64,000 nt of DNA from Gemmatimonadota bacterium (GTDB lineage Bacteria; Latescibacterota; UBA2968; UBA8231), in the NCBI GenBank assembly GCA_038153405.1, contig JAYOYH010000001.1:32156-96155 (forward strand). The letters run 5' to 3'. Positions within the stretch are counted from its first letter, which is position 1. The number at the start of each line of letters is the position of its first letter. Below, piece after piece: positions 60,431 through 64,000 of the stretch. Below the pieces are notes generated by a model, which was given only the letters and a program-made list of their open reading frames with translations, made no database searches and was not told the origin of the DNA. The position numbers and the translations under genes were made by a program.

Positions 60431-61795
60431 ATGGGGAAACGAGCGGTGGTTATCGGAGGGGATGCCGCAGGGATGAGCGCGGCGGCGCAGATGCGACGGG
60501 CGGCGCCCCAGTTGGAGGTCATCGTCTTTGAAAAGAGCGCGCACGTTTCGTATGCGGCCTGCGGGATGCCGTATTATATCGCCGGTGATATCGCTTCACA
60601 CGAGGCGTTGTTGGCCCTCAAGCCCGAAGAGGTGGTCCAGCGCGGCATTGACGCGCGCTGCCAACACGAAGTGTGCGAAATACGACCGGGGGCACATGCG
60701 GTAATCGGGCGCACTCGCGACGGACGTTCCTTTAGCGAACACTACGACTATCTGGTGCTGGCCACGGGCGGTGCCGCGCAGCGCCCGGAGTGGGCCCGAG
60801 ACAATCTGGATGGCGTGTTTACGCTGCGCACCCTCGAGGATGGAATGGCCCTTCGCGCGTTTATTGAGGAGCGTCGTCCGCGCCGCGCCGTCGTTATTGG
60901 CACCGGCTTTATCGGGCTGGAGATGGTCGAAGCCTTTGCTCGCTGCGGTCTCGAAGTTGCGCTGATTGGGCGTTCGGCGCAGTTGTTGGGACAGTTCGAC
61001 AGCGCCTTTGCCGCGCCCGTTTTCGACGCGTTCCATCACTGCGGCGTTGCGCTCCATTTGGGTGCCGAAGTCCATGGCATAGAGGGGGCCGATGGGCGCG
61101 TGACGGGCGTCGTCAGCAATGCGGGACACCATCCAGCCGATCTCGTTCTCGTGGCGACGGGGCTGCGGCCTAGCGGCGAATTGGCACGCGCCGCTGGTGT
61201 GGGCTTGGGGGCCAGCGGTGCCATAGCCGTCGACGAGCGCATGCAAACGGACCGACCTGGCATCTGGGCGGCCGGTGACTGCATCGAGGTCAAGCACGTC
61301 GTCAGCGGAGAAAAGGTCTACGCGCCCCTGGCGCTGACGGCCAATCGCACCGGGCGCATTGCCGGCGATCAGGTTGGGGCAGCCGCGGTTGGTCGGTCTT
61401 CGCACCAGCGCTTTCGCGGCACGGCCGGCACGGCGATAACCAAGGTTTTCGACTACGCGTTAGCGCACACGGGCCTATCGCTGGCCGAAGCGCAGCGCGT
61501 CGGATTTGACGCCGTCGTATTCGAGCGTACTAGCCGTTCGCGCGCCAGCTATTATCCAGGATCTAAAGCGCTGACGATTCGCATTGTCGTCGAGCGACGC
61601 ACGCGCCGACTGCTCGGGGCGCAGTTGCTGGGTGAAGAGGGCGTCGTCGGGCGGATCGACGCGCTGGCCACGGCACTGTTTGCGCGCATGAGCGTGGACG
61701 ACGTACACCATTTGGACCTAGCCTATGCCCCGCCCTTTGGACCGGTATACGACGCGATAATCGACGTGTGTGGCCGGGCTGCCCGCGAACTCTAG
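60431..61795 (+). CDS. CoA-disulfide reductase / NADH oxidase family flavoprotein
   Basis: IGGDAAGMSAA, SYAACG (single redox Cys), G.GFIGLE, WAAGDC, LDLAYAPPF. Confidence 0.9.
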   Translation: MGKRAVVIGGDAAGMSAAAQMRRAAPQLEVIVFEKSAHVSYAACGMPYYIAGDIASHEALLALKPEEVVQRGIDARCQHEVCEIRPGAHAVIGRTRDGRSFSEHYDYLVLATGGAAQRPEWARDNLDGVFTLRTLEDGMALRAFIEERRPRRAVVIGTGFIGLEMVEAFARCGLEVALIGRSAQLLGQFDSAFAAPVFDAFHHCGVALHLGAEVHGIEGADGRVTGVVSNAGHHPADLVLVATGLRPSGELARAAGVGLGASGAIAVDERMQTDRPGIWAAGDCIEVKHVVSGEKVYAPLALTANRTGRIAGDQVGAAAVGRSSHQRFRGTAGTAITKVFDYALAHTGLSLAEAQRVGFDAVVFERTSRSRASYYPGSKALTIRIVVERRTRRLLGAQLLGEEGVVGRIDALATALFARMSVDDVHHLDLAYAPPFGPVYDAIIDVCGRAAREL

Positions 61796-61798
61796 CGC

Positions 61799-62731
61799 AT
61801 GCAAGAGGCAACCGAGGGGCTCGTCCAGATCGCTGGCAACGCCGTGCTCGACGTGCTGATAGGCGACGCCGAAGGCGTCGCTGCAGCTAGCCATACATGG
61901 GCAGACAACGTGCAGTTGCTGCAGCGCCCAGTAGACGCGGTGCTCGGTGGCTGTGGGGCGGCCACGGCTTATGTGCTGGGTGCGCTCGGCCAGCAAGTGG
62001 TTTTGAATGCGAATATCGGCAGCGATTGCTGGGGCGATATGCTGCGCGCCTGGTTGGAGGGCGTCGAAGTCGAAGTGGGCGGGCTGCGACCGGTTGCCAC
62101 AGCAGTCCACGTCATTGCCCTCGATACGGCCGGTCGGCGGCGCTCGCACTATTACACGGGCGAGAAGGTCGACTGGCGCGCTTCATTGGAAACGGCGGTG
62201 CCGCAGATATTTTTTGCCGCTGGCTACGGAGCCGTCGACGCCGACGATATCGCCGAATTACGTACTGTTTTTTCCGCGCTGCGCAGGCGCGGCGCCGCCA
62301 TTGCTTTTGATGTGAGCCCGTGGTTTGTCGGACGCGCTGCGGCAAGCGATATGCTGGCGCTTTGGCGCGAAGTAGATTTTCTGGTGGGGACAGAGGACGA
62401 ATTGGCGGCTTGGCAAGAGGCCGATGGGGTGGAAGATCTGGCCGAGCGCGTGCTCGACAGAGGCGTCGGGTGCGTCGTCGTCAAGCGCGGTGGGCAGGGA
62501 GCCTACTACGCCGCCCGCGACGGGGTGCAGGGCCATGCTCGGATCGAGGCGATAGCTGGCGCCAATAGCGTCGGAGCCGGTGACAGCTTTAACGGCCGGC
62601 TACTCTACGGACTGTGCCAACAGGAGCCGCTAGACGTTGCCGTGCAGGCCGCGGCCGAGCTGGCTACGCGCGCCGTTGCTCGTGGACGCGGAGCGCTTGG
62701 CGCAGTGGATATTAACAGGAGGACTGCATGA
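61799..62731 (+). CDS. PfkB family carbohydrate kinase
   Basis: GG.GAATA, IG.D..G, FD, VKRG..G, SVGAGDSF. Confidence 0.9.
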   Translation: MQEATEGLVQIAGNAVLDVLIGDAEGVAAASHTWADNVQLLQRPVDAVLGGCGAATAYVLGALGQQVVLNANIGSDCWGDMLRAWLEGVEVEVGGLRPVATAVHVIALDTAGRRRSHYYTGEKVDWRASLETAVPQIFFAAGYGAVDADDIAELRTVFSALRRRGAAIAFDVSPWFVGRAAASDMLALWREVDFLVGTEDELAAWQEADGVEDLAERVLDRGVGCVVVKRGGQGAYYAARDGVQGHARIEAIAGANSVGAGDSFNGRLLYGLCQQEPLDVAVQAAAELATRAVARGRGALGAVDINRRTA

Positions 62732-64000
62732 GAGACAAACCGAACGTGCTGGTCATTATGAGCGATCAGCAAAAGGCTACGGCCAGCCATCTCTACGGGA
62801 ATAGCTTTTGCCATACGCCGTCGATGCAGCGCTTGGCCGACGACGGCGTGCTCTACGAGAATGCCATAACGCCGCACCCTCTGTGTATGCCGGCGCGCGT
62901 TTCGTTCTGGACCTCGCAGTTTCCCCATATGCACGGCGGTAGGCGCAACGAGACGCCGATGCCGGCAGGAGCCGAACACGCGTGGAGCATATGGAAAGAG
63001 GCCGGCTATGCGACGGGGCTGATCGGCAAAAATCACTGCTTTGTGCGCGAGGAAGATCGCCAGCTATTCGACGTGTGGAACGCCTTTACCCACGGCGGTC
63101 GCCACGAAGGGCCGACGACTTGGGGCATGGAGTGGTTTCGACCAGAAGAGGGGCGGCGCCGGGTGGCCGAATGCGTGCGCGCCATGCCGTCGCAGACGCC
63201 CAGTTTTGCTTATGGGTCAAACGATCTGCCGCTCGAAGACCATTCTACTGGCCTGATCGCCGGACAGACCGTGCGCTTTTTGGAACAGTATCAGCACGAA
63301 CCCTTTGCTCTATGGGTTTCTCTGCCGGACCCGCATGAACCTTGGATGGCTCCCAGACAGTATACCTCGATGTTTTCGCGCGACAATATTGAACTTCCCC
63401 CGCAGCGCGACGACGAATTTCTCGACGGCACGGCGCCCGAGCGCAACCGCGTATTGCACAATATACTCAGTTGGCGCGAGGACGATATCGACGATGTCTA
63501 CGGCGTTATGGGGGCCTACTACGGCATGGTGCGCTTTTTAGACGACGGGCTCGGACAAATTCTCGACGCGCTGGAGCGCTTGGGGCTGCGCGACGATACG
63601 ATTGTCGTATTCTGCTCGGACCACGGCGATTTTATGGGCGAACACGGCATGACTTGCAAGGGGGGCGTATTCTACGACTGCCTGACCCGCGTCCCCCTCA
63701 TTCTCTCTTGGCCGGGGCACGTGCCCAGCGGCGCGCGCGATGCCAGCATGGTCAATCTAATCGACGTCGTGCCGACGCTGCTGGAGCTGCAGGGCTTAGA
63801 CGTGCCGCGCGCTATGTGTGGCCAAGGGCTGCCCACTGCCACGGCTGCGCCGGCGCGCGATGCGACCTTTTCTGAATACGGCAGCGGGGGGCCCGCCTTT
63901 GGGCAGGTCGACCTCGATCGCTTGCCTAAGCCCTGGGGGCGGCGCGCCCTAATTCGTTCACTGCGCTGGCGCGAAGCGGAGGGGCGGCGCAAGATGGTGC
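62728..64000 (+). CDS. Sulfatase (3' end runs off the window)
   Basis: Not in the ORF track; hand translation MRDKPNVLVIMSDQQ...TPSM..LA..G...PLCMPARVS (CxPxR), GKNH, DPHEP, SDHGD. AGGAGG RBS and ATGA overlap. Confidence 0.92.
   Translation, partial: MRDKPNVLVIMSDQQKATASHLYGNSFCHTPSMQRLADDGVLYENAITPHPLCMPARVSFWTSQFPHMHGGRRNETPMPAGAEHAWSIWKEAGYATGLIGKNHCFVREEDRQLFDVWNAFTHGGRHEGPTTWGMEWFRPEEGRRRVAECVRAMPSQTPSFAYGSNDLPLEDHSTGLIAGQTVRFLEQYQHEPFALWVSLPDPHEPWMAPRQYTSMFSRDNIELPPQRDDEFLDGTAPERNRVLHNILSWREDDIDDVYGVMGAYYGMVRFLDDGLGQILDALERLGLRDDTIVVFCSDHGDFMGEHGMTCKGGVFYDCLTRVPLILSWPGHVPSGARDASMVNLIDVVPTLLELQGLDVPRAMCGQGLPTATAAPARDATFSEYGSGGPAFGQVDLDRLPKPWGRRALIRSLRWREAEGRRKMV

Overview
A GC-rich bacterial chromosomal segment (coding lines hand-counted at about 42-77% GC), densely packed with about 55 CDS. 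I found no rRNA, tRNA, CRISPR array, prophage or transposase. Housekeeping genes include dapF-like, yicC, coaBC, udg, dnaB, obgE, glgP, pepA, dcd, serC, ssb and metH. There are also many catabolic paralogues: three sulfatase-fold proteins, two enolase-superfamily enzymes, Gfo/Idh/MocA, RraA-like and PfkB. This content, plus a C-terminal TWxxLK motif and a tiny Fis-like protein, suggests a Latescibacterota/Gemmatimonadota-like organism (inference only). Main observations: (1) two unlinked globin genes carry matching sigma28 (FliA) promoters; one is a soluble globin-coupled chemoreceptor that also has a sigma54 promoter, the other has an unusual architecture (unknown domain + acidic linker + globin), suggesting an O2-sensing motility regulon; (2) a coupled nucleosidase-like / spore-photoproduct-lyase-like radical SAM / SDR operon; (3) a DapF with both catalytic Cys replaced by Ser; (4) a POTRA-less peptidase-propeller-Omp85 operon with a BamB-like lipoprotein; (5) an archaeal-type cytidylate kinase where gmk-rpoZ usually sit; (6) small ORFs missed by the ORF track upstream of ssb and downstream of the chemoreceptor; (7) a 73-bp nested palindrome and a 20-bp operator at metH. 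All product calls rest on motif recognition by eye; no searches were run.
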